The position numbers and the translations under genes are program-made. The notes below the pieces were generated by a model that was not told where the DNA came from, searched no databases, and saw only the letters and a list, made by a program, of their open reading frames with translations. A stretch of DNA of 64,000 bases from Auanema rhodensis (lineage: Eukaryota; Animalia; Nematoda): positions 13,206,001 through 13,270,000 of the forward strand of contig OZ059899.1 in NCBI GenBank assembly GCA_964057225.1, given 5' to 3'. Within the stretch, counting starts at the first letter, position 1. The number at the start of each line of letters is the position of its first letter. This document shows positions 12,005 to 30,771 of this stretch, piece by piece.

Positions 12005-15000
12005 TCAGAAACTGTGTCATCAGCTCCTACCACGAAAAGTACATAGGGCGAAGTGTCACAATTTTTCGATACGGGTAATTCTCTTTATTTCATATTTTAA
12101 AATAAATATTTCTACATTCCGTTATTTTTAGTTTTGAAAAAAAAAGAAAAATGAAAAAACGTGTTAAACATGATATATATCTATATCTATATCTATATCT
12201 ATATATATTATAATTTACATAAAAGTATATAATCGTCGATTAACTGTCTGTCGATTAAGAATGTAAAAGGCCAGGTGTTTCATCTATTGTTTTCGAGTCA
12301 GCCAAGTCATTCACACTTCTTCATCAACTTCGCGCACTCTTTATATTCTATATGAATAGCTAGTACCTATAATAATAATTCATATTTTTATAAGAATATA
12401 TATATATATCCAATTTTGATCTATTCCAATATTTATTTCAAGCTAATTTACTGAAAGCTGTCCTTAAATGGTGTGTTATATGATGACAGTTAGACTTGAA
12501 AACGATAATTTGCATCCACTAATTTTCTGTTTGTCTCGTGGGAATTTCCTGAAGACTGTGACGAAAAATAAGAACAAAGTACCGAATTCAGAATTTCTAT
12601 CTATGGCTTCATACTTCTGACGGTAGAAGTCATTTGTTGGATAACGACGAGTAACACAATGTTTTTACTTCGTCGAATTAGAATAATTAGCCAAACATGG
12701 ATAACATGATAACTTGACATCAAACAGAATGAACATATCTGATTTTCAAAACGAAGTCAACATAAAACTTGAATAAACAGATTAAACAAGATAAAACTTT
12801 GAAAAGCTTGATTATACAAAAGTGAACATATTGATTATTTAATAAGATAAGAAATTTTTCTTTTTTTTTTTTGTTTTAAAAAATGATCTGATATCCAATA
12901 GAATTACCCATACTTTATTATATTTGACAGTTACATATTGCAATATGTTGTTGTATACTTTACTTTTTACTTTACGAATTAAATTTAGCAGTTTCTTCTC
13001 ATCAAATCTACATACATACATGTTTGTATGTTTGTCAACTTATCTGAATCAGCTGACATGACTTGCAAAATTAATTTTTGTAAATTTAAAGAAATCGAAT
13101 AGAAACAATACGTGATTTGAATCTAATGAGCATAGCAGCAGCATCGTGTTAAGCAATAGTAATTAACATATAGCTGTTGTTCCTTCGTCATCTTACAACA
13201 TGATTCTTCTTCTTCTTCTTCTTCTTATACTTTCTTTTCCTTCTATTCATCTTGTCAATCTGTTCATCAATTTATTCGATGTCGATAACTTTCGTCTTCC
13301 AATTTCGTCTTTTCGTATTATGACGGACGTGGAATTCGAGACGAGTCTACTCATCTCCATTACATCAAACCATGAAACATCTGTACATAGAAAAGCCAAT
13401 TTTGAACAGTATTATCCTTATGTTATGCTGTAATTTTCCATTTTTATTTCAAATAAATGTATAATATATATACATAAAATATAATATAATATATATAAAC
13501 TTAAGATTATTATATTTTATATGATTATTTCATATTCAAATACAAATTGTTGTAATAGTATAGAGTAATACTTTATGATAACCAATGAACCAATGCATGT
13601 GGATCGGATGTCTTGAACATGCCCTTTCAATCGGATCTTCTGAATACACCCGGAAATTGGATGTTCTCATATTAGTTCTCGTGCTTTCATCTAACCTATC
13701 ATTGGTCATCTCAAAAAAAAAGTGAAACAGTTCCACATTCAAATGAAACAACATAAACAGCTCGTCCTTTTGCACTGCTCATAGTATATATCAGGGTACT
13801 GACCATAACTATATGCATATTCTATAAGTAAGGACAGGATGATGGCGCAATCATTATGTGAATGATACTCCATAGTTGTGGGCCATTTGTTTCTTTTCTT
13901 CAGTTTATCTCTCTGACTTCTTTTTTCTTCTTCATTATTTTCACTCGCCCTCCCCCTTCTCTCTTCTCATTCATTAAGTTTCCTAGCTGTCATCATTCTA
14001 TTATAATAACTATATATATATTCTATATAGCTCTCTCTCTCTTTTTTCTCTCAGATTTGTTACAGTATACCAGTCTATACATTAAACGTTATAGACTTGG
14101 CCTTAACCATCTGAGATGACCAAACATGTCCAGTGTCTTAGTCCATCTGCCACCTGTTATCTTAGTGTCTCTTCGCAGCTCTTGAACAACAACTATTAAT
14201 ATATGGTCATCTAACTAACATTTATGTACCAGCCGAGAATTAATTCAATTATTTCATGATTTAGCATAGTTAAACTGCTAATTATTATAAATGAGTTCAT
14301 TTTGTTGCAATCAACCATAACACGTACACATCATCTTAACAGATTTTCGTCATTTTGCACTTAACAGATTGGCATTTAATCTTTTACAATATTCAAAGTT
14401 ATAATAATATTAAGTATATATGTAGTAAAGAGATTGTAATAGGACAAAATATTTTTTTCTCTTTAATAATTCAAAAAATAAATACAAAATATGTTTTGAA
14501 AAGGAAAAAAAAATGAAATAAGCAACCGTTCAACGTGACTATACTCAATTCAAATGAGACTTGCACGCACATTAATTAGCATAATGATTGACGTAAAGTC
14601 TGTCACAAAACACGTATTATCACAATATGCGGATGTTCTTTAAAAAATAAAAAATATATGAGAAATATATATATATAATTTATATTTATAATATAAATAT
14701 CTGTATATACACAGTTTAGATTCTCAATTTGCATATTACACTGTTTTTTTTTCAATTTACAACTTGTTTCTTCTGGCATTGTTGCATATGATACGGATTA
14801 GGCACAGTGGCACGGAAATTCGTTCAACATTCAATCCACCATCCTCATCCATCACATAGTAGTTAGGTTCTTTTCAGCAACTATGTCATCCCCTATCTGA
14901 AGCGGATAAAACTTTTTTTTAGCTCCAGGATAACCCACTGTACTCCGTATTTTGCTGAAATTGCTGCCAGAAAAACTGAAGAAATAGAGTAAAATAGAAA

Positions 15001-18000
15001 TTTGAGCAAAACAACTGCCGACATCATGACCCGATTCTGTCTATTTCACTCGATTCTAAATGGCTGTTCTCTATTTCATGTTTTGGATATATGTATATAT
15101 GTGGATGTGTACGGAAGAAATATGTACGGTGGGCAAAACTGGCTCGAAATAAGCCATGAAAGCTCAGTATTTTGATAGGCTAAGAGCCATCTACCACATC
15201 CTATTAAGCTGGAACAGAGGGCTTAAGCCCTGTATGTCAGCTACATACTATAGGGCTGTGAATGAGGATGTGATCGAAAGCAAGAACCAAGGAAAAGCTT
15301 TAGGTGCTTATTATGATTCTATTAAATCTATTCTTCTACATACCCATCAATAGAACAGATTGCAGCTTAGTTAACCCATTGGTTGCTGACACGATGTCGA
15401 TTTGCTACTCTTAACATAACATAACAACACCTGTGTGGTGTATCTTGTCTAATGATTCAATTTCCATTTTAAATTCCTGAATGCATTCATTTGAAACTCT
15501 GACACTTCTTCCTCTTGTTAACAAACTCTGGGAGATTCCGGTAAACTAAAGAAACTGAACTTCAAACTGTCAAGCTTTACTAATCAAATTGACATCGGTA
15601 TTCCTTGAACAACATGGTGCTCGTTTTAACTTGTTGGGAAAAAAATTATTGTCTCAGCCTTCATATCCTCTTCAAAACTTAATCCGTAGTCCGGAACCAA
15701 TGCAGCATGCGATACACCGGCATGAGTCGGTTCATATGTAAACGATAAGCCAAGTGGGGCCAAGTGCCCCATGGGAACTCACTCACCTATCCAAGGTCAA
15801 TCCATCGTTCGAACAACGGAAATGCTTAGAATCGAGAAACAGTTAATCTCTCTACATGCTCCACACAACTACCTGTTATGCACATCCTCTCTTCCTTTTC
15901 GGGAAGGTGTTAGTGGTTTTCTGAGCATCTCTAGCTCTCACAATCCCCCCTTTCGACGGCTATTACTACTAGCTCACTAGTGAACTTTGCCTCATTCAAC
16001 GAAAGGCCATGGGAGTAGTCTGATCGTTTTCAAGTGGAAGCATCAAACATTCACTCAGTTTAAACGATTGGCTAAGGACTAGCCGATTTCTCATCGGTAT
16101 ACAAGCTTTTCACGAAACGGCCAGGCAGATTAGATGATTGACGTGAAGAAATATGCCTTTTCTCCTAAAGTGCTTGACTTATATTTTTATTTCATAAAAC
16201 TCAGATAAATCACCAAATTTCTAAATATTTTGTATTATATGGTTTTGTTAAATTAATGACATGCAGTAGTCAGGTTGAAGACAGATAGAAACAGCATTTA
16301 GCACGAGTATATATGAAGAAAAAGTGAAAAATGATCTGGGAAGAAGTGAATCGAACAGATGAAAATCTAACGGAGCTATGCTAAAGAAGTTGAACAGCTT
16401 TTCGAAAGAAACATGAAAGATCGAACAAAGTGACACGTGGGCTAGGAAAAGCCAAATGCCCTAAGGTCATAATCCATTAAGATGGAGACCAGCTTGACGC
16501 TCAACACTCAACCATACATGCATTTGGCCTTGTCGTCAGTGGTTAAAGAAATCTCATCTGCTCAACTGGGGGCCATAAATGGCAACAAGCTGACTACCCA
16601 AAACACATTCGGACGTGTTCCAAGTGTCGAGTCAGTAGCCGCATCACCGATATGCTGTGCTGTGTAAGCCTGATAGCGAAACGGGAAATCATGGATGACG
16701 ATTAAGGATAGAAGCTATGCATGTGTATGGCTGAATACATTTAAAAGCTTCAGCAAAAAAGGAAAAAACTTGATGTTGCAACTTCAAGCAATTCCAAGCG
16801 ATTTCTGATTTCGAAGAATCGATTACGATTATTAAAGAACGATTATCATAGTGTTATTCATGACCAAACGTAGCCTCGAGTTGTTCTCGTATTATTCTTC
16901 TGATGTGAAATAGGATTACCGTACCAGCATATCAAGCATTTCATGATATGATCACTATTGTACACGCCATAGCCATACATTGTTGATTGACTCTCATGTC
17001 TACAAAGCAATCTGATCAATGTTACTGCCATAGTATTCTTCTGTTGTAACAGTTTTTGAACAGAACAAAATCAATCCATGAGCTACATGATAACAAAAGG
17101 CGACGAATGAGTAGAAGGATAGTAACGGAAATACGAAGTGAAAATACAAAAAGAGTGAGAGAAAGAGAGAGATTTCGAAAGCGTACGATCGAAAAAGAGT
17201 GAAAAAGAGATAGTCAGATACAAAGAGAAACGAAAGATAGCTCATCTATTTTCAGTACCAACGGACGACCAGAAGAACAAGACAGATTAGGCTTAGTTGG
17301 TTGACAATTTCAGAGGCTCGTACGTACATGATATAAAGCATTTTGCGGACGACGTTGAACATGGTAAAATGAGTATTACTTTGATAGTTTTTAAACACAA
17401 ATAGTACATTGTACGTTCCACATCAAAAATGTTGTTCATCATGTGGCTAGCTAGTTGACCTAATGTGCTTAGTCGCAGTTTTCTTTTTCTATATTGTGGT
17501 TGGATTCTGACTTTGTCTTTTTTCATTTATACATCCTTTCCACTGCTCCTCTCAAATGCTAATTCTTTATTTTCTGAGAATAATCAACATGGAAATAGCT
17601 ATGTGTGTTGACACGTTATAGATAACCTCTTGTTGAACCTTTTGTCAAAAGAAACAAAGTTCTATGAAGACGATGAAGCTCTCATCGACTTGTAGTTCGT
17701 TAGTAGAGCTTTCCTCCTTCCCTCTCTTACTTCTATTTTCTATTTCGTTGCAATGCACATCCTTATATGGTAAGTTGTGAGGCGGATTACCTGTCGTCTT
17801 AAGCTTCTCAGCTTCTGCCACCCATCTCATCAGTTCATTGCTTATGTAAATCATCTTCGATAGAATGCCTCATTTCGACGTTGTCTACGGCATAATGAGC
17901 TATCTCGTCTATATATGGAAATGCCGCTATATGTTAGCACGGCGCCTGAGTCTCGCTGTCGATCCTTCTCGTTGTACATTCAGATGGCCTATCATCAACG

Positions 18001-18176
18001 ACGCATATATCATAACTTCTTTCCTCAAGCTTCTCATCTATCTAATCTTCTCTTACACACATAAACTTCTCCTCTTAACACCAGCCCATTCATCTGCCGT
18101 AAGTTGTTTCATATTCACATACACATTCATGCACATACACAAGCCAGCCGTGGAGCCTCTTTCCCCTGCCTACAAA

Positions 18177-18217
18177 GGGGCGTGTCAAAAAATGCGTGGG
18201 CGTGGCCAGCCAATCAG
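18177..18217 (+). promoter_or_regulatory. Candidate ceh-6 promoter: GC/KLF box, EGR-type site and CCAAT box
   Basis: GGGGCGTGTC 18177-18186, GCGTGGGCG 18194-18202, AGCCAATCAG 18208-18217, about 600 nt upstream of the ATG. Confidence 0.55.
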
Positions 18218-18815
18218 CTAAGTCGGTGTGCGGACGTAGGCAGAGAGAAGACCAGCCTCTCCTTCCAAAGTCAGGCTCTCTCTCTCTCTTTTCCGTGTAA
18301 GCGAGTGAGTATGCATGTGTCCTCCTGCCTCCGATTCCTTCAGATCTATTCTGAATTCGGTCATTTGAATGTATCGTGAGGCTCGTCTAAAAATTCATTT
18401 TCTCTGTTTGTATATTGAATATTTCATTATCATTTTAATGTAAGCAACATCATCATTTCGATGACCATTGCATTTAAACTTCGAACTTATTCTCAAACCT
18501 TTTTTCCTTTTTCTCCAATTTCTGAAAGTTAATGCTGTTGTGAGAATACTTCTCCTATAAATCGTAAGTAGTTAACTAGCTATAGCTAAAGCTTGAACGA
18601 TTTCAAGCCTTCGTTTATTCGTTAATTCTTCCTTTTTCTCTCAAGGCTTTCTCTGTTTTGCTATATCCAACTTACAGCCTTAAACTCAATTCTTATATTC
18701 TTCTCATCTTCATCATCATCATTCACACCTAATGTTGTTCTTTTTTGAGATTTTGATTCACTACGGCTGCAAGTGCCAGCCCTAATCAGTCAAGATAGTA
18801 ATCGCTACAGGAACA

Positions 18816-21800
18816 ATGCTAATGACAGCCAGCAATCCGATATGCCCTCAGGCATCGGACGATCTTGTTCTCCAACAGCAACAGCAAGCAACTCAACAGC
18901 AGCAACAGCAACAGCAACAAGCTGCAAACTATGCTCAGGTAGGTATATGGTAAAAGTATTTCAAACATTTTTCTTTCTATCGCCATTATTTCTATAGGAA
19001 AGCATCAGCTATGATCATACTATTTTTCTAATCCTTTGACTTCTATTTCTGATATTCAGCTTGTTTTACTTGAGTTAGAAACTGTAATCATTGATGTTAT
19101 TCCAATCTAATTTCTTCTTTCCTTTCTTATCTAAATGGCCCCCATTTTGCTCTTCTGAAGTGTTGCCTTATTTGACATGCACGTATTCTTCCTCAGAAAG
19201 CAGAACATTCTCAGTCGAGCTCTTCTCAACCCGTTCTTGCCTTCCGGCTATTTCACTCTTGTCTTACACAATAAGTCGTTTCAACCACTAACTTTATCTT
19301 TTGCTTCACGTCATCACAATCATCAAATCCTCACACTTTCAACAATTGTTTTGAAATTGTGGGTTAACTATACATAACTATATGTCAATATAGTGAAATA
19401 AATAACCCATATACCATATAAAACGTCCATCAACTTCTCTCATCATTCAAATTATCTGTTAAGCGAAAAAACCTAAGTTTTTCCTTTTCTTTTTCATCTT
19501 TATTGATTTCACATGTTTTTTTCCTCACCAATTCCTTTGGTTCCGGATTCGTTTGAGTTCATCAACAGCAAATAGGCAGACTAGCCACAAAAAACTTGAC
19601 GGCAAATGCTTTTTTTCGTTCCATTTTCCCATATTTCGACATGGTTCTGAATACAAATTGTGGCTTCTGTATATCGTTTGCTGGAAATTCGTGTATAGTT
19701 GACTCAACACAACTCCTACTATGAATCCGAATAATCTTTTCTCCGACTTTGCTTTTGCATCTCGAAGCAGTGGATCAGTTTCCATATACCGTACTGAGTG
19801 GAAAACATCTGTCTCATCACGTAATCGTCAAACGGTTCACATTTAAACATGACCTCATGAAAATTAATTTGACTCACCATCTACTCTTCATTTTTCGAGT
19901 CTTTCTTTACTTCTCTCTCGCATACGATCTTCTTCGAAAAACAACAAAAACTATTGCAATATGCATGTTCAGTATCATGCAAACGTTAGCTTTTTTCAGT
20001 TTCAAGTAATCAAACAGACTTGTGATGCATCCTTCCACGATTGGCCACCATCCAGTGCTTCTGCTGCAGCAGCCGCCGCTACTGGCGCTACACCGATGCC
20101 TTATCCTACAGCAGCTACAGCAGTTCCAACTGCATCCAACTTCAACTTTCTGTTTCAACCGGATTGGGCATATCCGCATCTTCCACATCCATTGCCGCCT
20201 GCAATGCTTCAGCCGAACGAAATGAAGGTATGTTGCTGGCCCATAACATGTCTCCGACAAAACGTTAACAATGAGATACTAAATAAGGGAGGGAAAGACT
20301 ATGATGTCAACGAAGATTCGCGTGGCGAAAGAAAATGTCCAATTGGTCTGAATTCTCATCAATAAAGTGATGTTCGGTTCACAAGAGAAAGGGAAGTGTC
20401 ACTGGCTATGGCTCGTTTGTCACCGAACCTTTCAATTGATTACGACTAAGGGGGGGGGCAGGAGGACACGTACATGTCTTCAGATGATAGAAACACAAAT
20501 CAGAGAATTCTTAAAAACACAGAAAGGATAATATAACATGCTATTTAAACTTGAAAGTACTCTTTTACACAGAAATTTAGTTTCAGGTAGAGGTAGATCG
20601 ACCGGACGTGATCCAGAGGTTGTCTCATCCCTGGCCATATTCCTTTCCTACCCCAGGTGATGATGCAGCCTCACATTCCCAGATGTCAGATGATTCTGAA
20701 GTTGCCTGTAACGATGATCTCGAATCCTTCGCCAAGCAATTTAAACAAAGAAGGATCAAATTAGGGTTAGTAATACATTCGAAGATATGTGTGAATGAAG
20801 ATGTCAACCAAAAATATTTCAGATATACCCAAGCAGATGTTGGTTTAGCACTGGGTACCCTATATGGCAATGTATTTTCCCAGACAACCATTTGTCGATT
20901 TGAAGCTTTACAACTATCTTTCAAAGTAAGTACTCTGACTCATGCTTTGTTTGCTTTTCCCCTGAATATAGTAATCAAGAGTCCAAAAAAAGAATTGAAG
21001 TAAGACTTCTTCAGATATCTAACCCTTTAACCTTTGCCTCCCCAAGGCCATTTGAGTATCTTTCGGTCGTTACTGTTTGTTTTCATCTGGTCAATCTGAG
21101 CATTCACACGATCGGAATATTCTTTGTGAAGTTCTTTTTCGAGAAAAAACATCCAACTGACCAAATTCTCACGTAACCAAAGACATCGCCTATGATTCAG
21201 ATTAGTATTCAGAAACATGAAATCAATTAATCTCAATGATTTTACTTCCGTTATTCACACAGTAGAGAAAGAAAGGTGGATGAGGAAATTAGAAATGAGA
21301 GTATCTATACCTATGTATAAGCACAAGAGAGAATGAGATAGAGAGGGAGAGAGAGAGAGAGAGAGCTATATCTCGATTAGTGGAATGTCATGAATACTAA
21401 GTATTAAGCTTACATATCTTAAGTAAAAGTTGAACCATTATTGGTTATGGTAATAATTGAAGATTTTAACTTTTTTTTCTTTTGCAGAATATGTGTAAAT
21501 TAAAACCTTTACTATTCAAATGGTTGGAAGAAGCAGACTCTACATCATCGTCTCCAAGCACCTTTGAAAAGATGACCGGCCAAGGAGGACGTAAACGCAA
21601 GAAGAGAACAAGCATTGAGGTATGATTCTATTCATTTTTCCTTTTTTTCTTTTCAAAAAATAACTCTTATTCTTTGTTCTCATCCATTTCTGTATCACTT
21701 TTTCTATCTCTATAACTAGTTACGGTAGCGTTGTTATTGATATTGACGTTGAGAAGGCAAAAGTATAGTGAGAATGAGAGAGAATGGGAGAGAGATAGAG

Positions 21801-22267
21801 ATAGACAGAACAAGAGAGAGAGTCAGAGAGAAGCGAACGAGAAAGAGATATAAGAGTTCATATACCGTATACCTTTGAAATGCTATTGATTTGGTTCTTC
21901 CAGGTAAATGTAAAATCACGTTTGGAAGTTCATTTTCAAAAGAATCAGAAACCGAATGCTCAGGAGATTGCTCAAGTTGCAATGGAACTTCAACTTGAAA
22001 AAGAGGTATAGTCTTATCTTTCGTCATCATGATATTTCTTATTCTCATCTTCTATCATTACAGGTTGTACGTGTATGGTTCTGTAATCGACGACAAAAAG
22101 AAAAACGAATGACACCACAGTACGAAAACGTCCACCTGAATGTAGCTGGCGGTGGTGCAGCAGCCGGAGGAGGAGGTGGCGTTATACAGAATCCATATCC
22201 ACCAGAGTTATTTAACTATGCTAATGGCTTGATGCAGCCAGCGTTTGTCGGCTCTCATATTCAATAA
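18816..22267 (+). CDS. ceh-6: POU class III homeodomain transcription factor; 7 coding exons
   Basis: Poly-Q exon 18816-18938, Ala/Pro-rich exon 20000-20227, POU-specific domain [69 protein letters not shown], homeodomain [10 protein letters not shown]...[21 protein letters not shown]; TAA ends at 22267. The first exon is less certain than the rest. Confidence 0.95.
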
Positions 22268-25200
22268 TCTGACCAATGTCCAATGTACCTGTATCTGTCT
22301 GTCGTTAAGTATGTGTGTGTGTTTGTATGTGAGGATATGGATGCATATGTGAGGATGCCAAGAATTCTGAAAGCCATGTTCAAACAGATATTGAAGATTG
22401 AATACTCAACATCTTAACCAGATATAGTATAAGACATACACCTGGACATTTGCCAAAATATTCGCTGTTTCGATCTAAAATATTGGGAAATTCATTTTTG
22501 TTCTTCAGATAGTTTTGTAAAATAATCTGATTCTAAATCATCTTCTGACTTTTAACATGTTTTTCTGGAACTTAAGCTAACATTTTCTGTTTTTTTGAGC
22601 TTACTCACAGATTACTTGCACTTAATCATAACAACCTTTCATGTGAACACACTTTTTCTTCATATTCTCTTAACTGCCTCTTATGATTTTTCTTTTGAAT
22701 TCATCTAGTCTCATGAGCTCTGCCTCAACCCTGTGCGTGTGCCATTCCGCGGCTTCTTCTTCCAACCTTTTAATAAAAATTAAGAACAAATCTATCTTCT
22801 GACCTCACTTATATATGCATATATATATACATATATATATTTATATATATTTACCTTATTTCTCAATTTTCTATTTTTATCAATTAGGCAAGAATGATGA
22901 CATTCTTCTTTCTGTCCTCCCGTCTGTCCAAAAAGGGTAGCGATGGCTCAATTAGCAAGTGTAGCCAATCGCCTTGTCTCTTTCTCTCCTTGATATTATT
23001 GTAACATTTTAATAATTATGTTCGTCAACTGTTCTATTATGCTATATATATATATTTGAAAAATTATAAAATACATATATGCTTAATTCATTCATCTCGA
23101 GAATGTGTGACCAAAATTGTGATATATGTCTTCTATTATTAGTAAATTAATTTTATTTTAATACTATTTCTTCAGTTTGTGTTTGCTATAGCTGTTGGCG
23201 ATATCGTCAATCAAAGAAGTTTTTTTTTTCACTCAAATGGTTATTTCCTCGTTTTATTGAAGTTACCGTTGTTTAACGCAAAAAGGCAGCAATGGCAACA
23301 GCCAAGTGGGTAAGCAAGTATACGGTAGCCTAGGAAGTCTCAAATTAGGTTACATGATCGAGAATCTCTCTAGATGGCAACGAAGGTTTTATTCTATAAT
23401 ATATTTATCTTTTACTCTTTCGATCTTCCTCCAATTGTTGGCTTTTCATTTAGAATCTGAAAAGGGAAGAATGTGAAAGGGTAAGAGAGAGAGGGGATGA
23501 GAGGGTGGAAGAGAAAGAAAGAGCAGGAGCCATTGAGAGAACGGAAAGGGATAGCGAGATTAGGAGAGCAAGAAAAAGAGAGGACATGCAAAGATGATGT
23601 AGGGTGGAGCACGAACTATTGAACAAGGGCACAACAACCATTCCTCACATTCGCACTGCATTAAATGATAATCAACATATTACGTGTAAGTCACGTGAAA
23701 TTCGCATGAATCAATAATATCGTCAATAGAAGTCCTTTTCTTCGTTCTCTTCGAGAGAGAGAGAAAGTTGGGTGAAGGTGGACTAAGTAAGATAACTACT
23801 GTGAAACAACAATAGAGGGTTTGAGAGATGGCATTCATTGCTTTTACGATATCCAATCTTGTCTTCAACTATACCAATCGATCTCAGCCATTCAGTCATT
23901 CAGATAGTTGATTTCATGAAATTGCAATCAAATGAATGTAACCAACATGTGAACAGACATACATTCAGAAATTCATCATCATTCAGTTCATCACCCTATA
24001 TGGGCATGTATGCAGCTGCTGCTAGTAATGGTGGTCGTGTCCAAAGTCTATATGGACTGATTCACACGTCGAATGGCTAGGCTTGGTCGTTTTCCTGTCA
24101 GTTCATATCCAAATGACACAATCAGCACCTGCCATCAGTTTTTCAATCATTTGCTTATTTGCTGATCATCAAATAACGGAGAAGTCATGTTTCTCCGATT
24201 TCATTACCACCTACTAACCTGTCAATTACATTTTGGAAAATATATTGTGTTGAGGATATTTGATAATACGGTGACCACTTGTGGAAAACTGCTCCTTGGA
24301 GATCATTTAACTTCTTTATTGCTAAAGAGCAATTAGATCCATTTAAATCTAGAAGCGGTGTTTTTGTTTCTGAATGAGCAAAAAAGGTAAGTATCTTCAG
24401 TCTTGAAACTAAGAGCACTTTGGGTGCTCCAGATCAAAGTTAGACCGTCCATCATAACGCGTACAAATCCGTTCAGAAGCTGTTTGAAACAATGCGAATG
24501 AGCCACCTGCAGTTGTCAGGTTAGGACGTTGACCGGCTAATCCTTGCTAGAAACTGTGATAGAGGGAGGGGGACCAGCCTCCTCGACCTTGCCCATAGGA
24601 TCTCGCATCAGCTGGCTCATTTCTGTCAGTCTTTCTTCTGTTTCGTTGCCATGGATAAACGACACAAAACAGTGAAGTAGTCGTACTCTTTTCCATACAT
24701 GGAATACAGAGAAGCAGACGTCATAGTATCTGCATCAATCATCGAAACGTCATGATCGAAAACACTCAACAAGCTCCTTTTCTGGACACTACCGTATTCC
24801 ATCAGGCTTGTCATCCACACTCATATGGGCATACAATACAGAGAGAAACCTTTCCATTCGCACATCTTCTGTGGATCCTCTTCTTTTTCGCTGACATTGA
24901 GAGGCCAAAACAGGACTAATTGAAATTATATTTTTATGAAACAATTGAGGGATTTTCCGGAATTAGCATCTAAGTACGAGTCATCTCAAATTAAAATACT
25001 TCATAACTATTATAGCACTGTGTATGCTCTATTGGTCGGTAATATTTGATCAGCCGTTAATTTATGCATAACCTGACATATAATTCGCTTTACCCAGCCA
25101 CTAGACTAGCATACACATTCGCACCTCTCAACTCCTGTTCTATAATCCTGTCAGTATAACTCACAAAGCGTAGAGAACATGCACAAGATCGTCTACTATC

Positions 25201-26130
25201 ACATGAACAATTCAATATATGGAAGCGAAGGGGAGGGGAATATAATACAATAGACCTCATTGAATGTTTAATTTGTTATCTCTTTTTCTGGGTGGGAAGA
25301 ATTTTAAAGAGAAAGAATGGTGAAAGACATTCATTAGTTAGCTGTCTGGCGGCTATTCAAAGATTTCTTTTTTCAGTTAAGAACATAACCTTAGATAAAC
25401 AGACGTTCAAGAACTAACGCGATGTGAACCTGAAGGTTTCCGACCATATCACCTCTTACTTCTATTTTCTCTCCAGCTGTGAGACTCGCAACAAATTTCT
25501 TTTGTCGGAGGGCCAGTTTCAATTGCACATCCCATTTACAACGCAACCTCGAATGATAACGATGTCTCGATCCTGACGACGTTAAAACCGCTGGACTTTC
25601 GAACAACGAATTCTTAAACACGGGAAGTCGTGTTTACACGAAATATATCGACTTTTAGTGTCATCAAATGCGTATTAGGAAAACTAAAAACAAACAAATC
25701 ATTATTCAACTTCATTTCAGCAAGCCATGATTTTATATTACACTTATTGTCTTGCAAAAATCATACAAAGTGCTTGACAAACGCTAGTTCAGTAAAATCT
25801 GAATAATTCAACAATACAACCTCAACAATAACTAGCACAACTTGAACAACTGCCTGTATGAATAGATTTTTTTGAAAATATACAGGAGAGAAGTGGCTCA
25901 GCTTGAAAAACGTGAAGGATTAGATGAAGTAGGCCGCCGAGCAAAAGAAACGAAAAGTCAGATTAACACGTAATACCCACTTCACCCAAACCTTGCTACG
26001 GCATCGGCTAAATTAGTAAGAGCGAATGGGATCTGCTGAAAACAATAGCCAGCTCATACCAGTTTCAAAAGATTAGGATATAAGACTAAGAATGAAGAGA
26101 TACATAGAAAATTTTAAAAGTTATAATAAA

Positions 26131-30541
<4,411 letters not shown>

Positions 30542-30771
30542 TCAACGATTTACGAACCCTAAAGGAAAACATGAGATTCTTGGATTTGTAAAAGAGGATT
30601 AATAAGCACTACTAGGTTCAATACATGACATAAAAGAAATATTAATATTAATAAGAATAAAAAAATATATGTAATTATCTCCTTTCTTTCAAAAAACCAG
30701 GTAACTCAATTATGTAAAATAAGAAAAGCTTTTAAGATTTCAAATATTTATTTCGTATTCTTTTTAATCGC

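Noticed and set aside
17287-17296. TTAGGCTTAG and other scattered TTAGGC words as telomeric or DNA-elimination break sites
   Set aside because: Isolated 1-2 unit matches are expected by chance; there is no array and I cannot verify an elimination motif
18773-18997. ORF-track peptide MPALISQDSNRY...
   Set aside because: Wrong frame; the overlapping poly-Q frame from ATG 18816 splices in phase to the ceh-6 exons
22670-22730. Two CTGCCTC words in the ceh-6 3' UTR as let-7 wobble sites
   Set aside because: Imperfect seed with no convincing 3' compensatory pairing
24700-24850. Two AATACAGAGA words resembling the U6 snRNA ACAGAGA box
   Set aside because: Only 10-12 nt match; the flanking U6 sequence and structure are absent
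25321-25330. TGAAAGACAT, matching the 5' end of miR-71
   Set aside because: The rest of the mature sequence does not match and no precursor hairpin is evident
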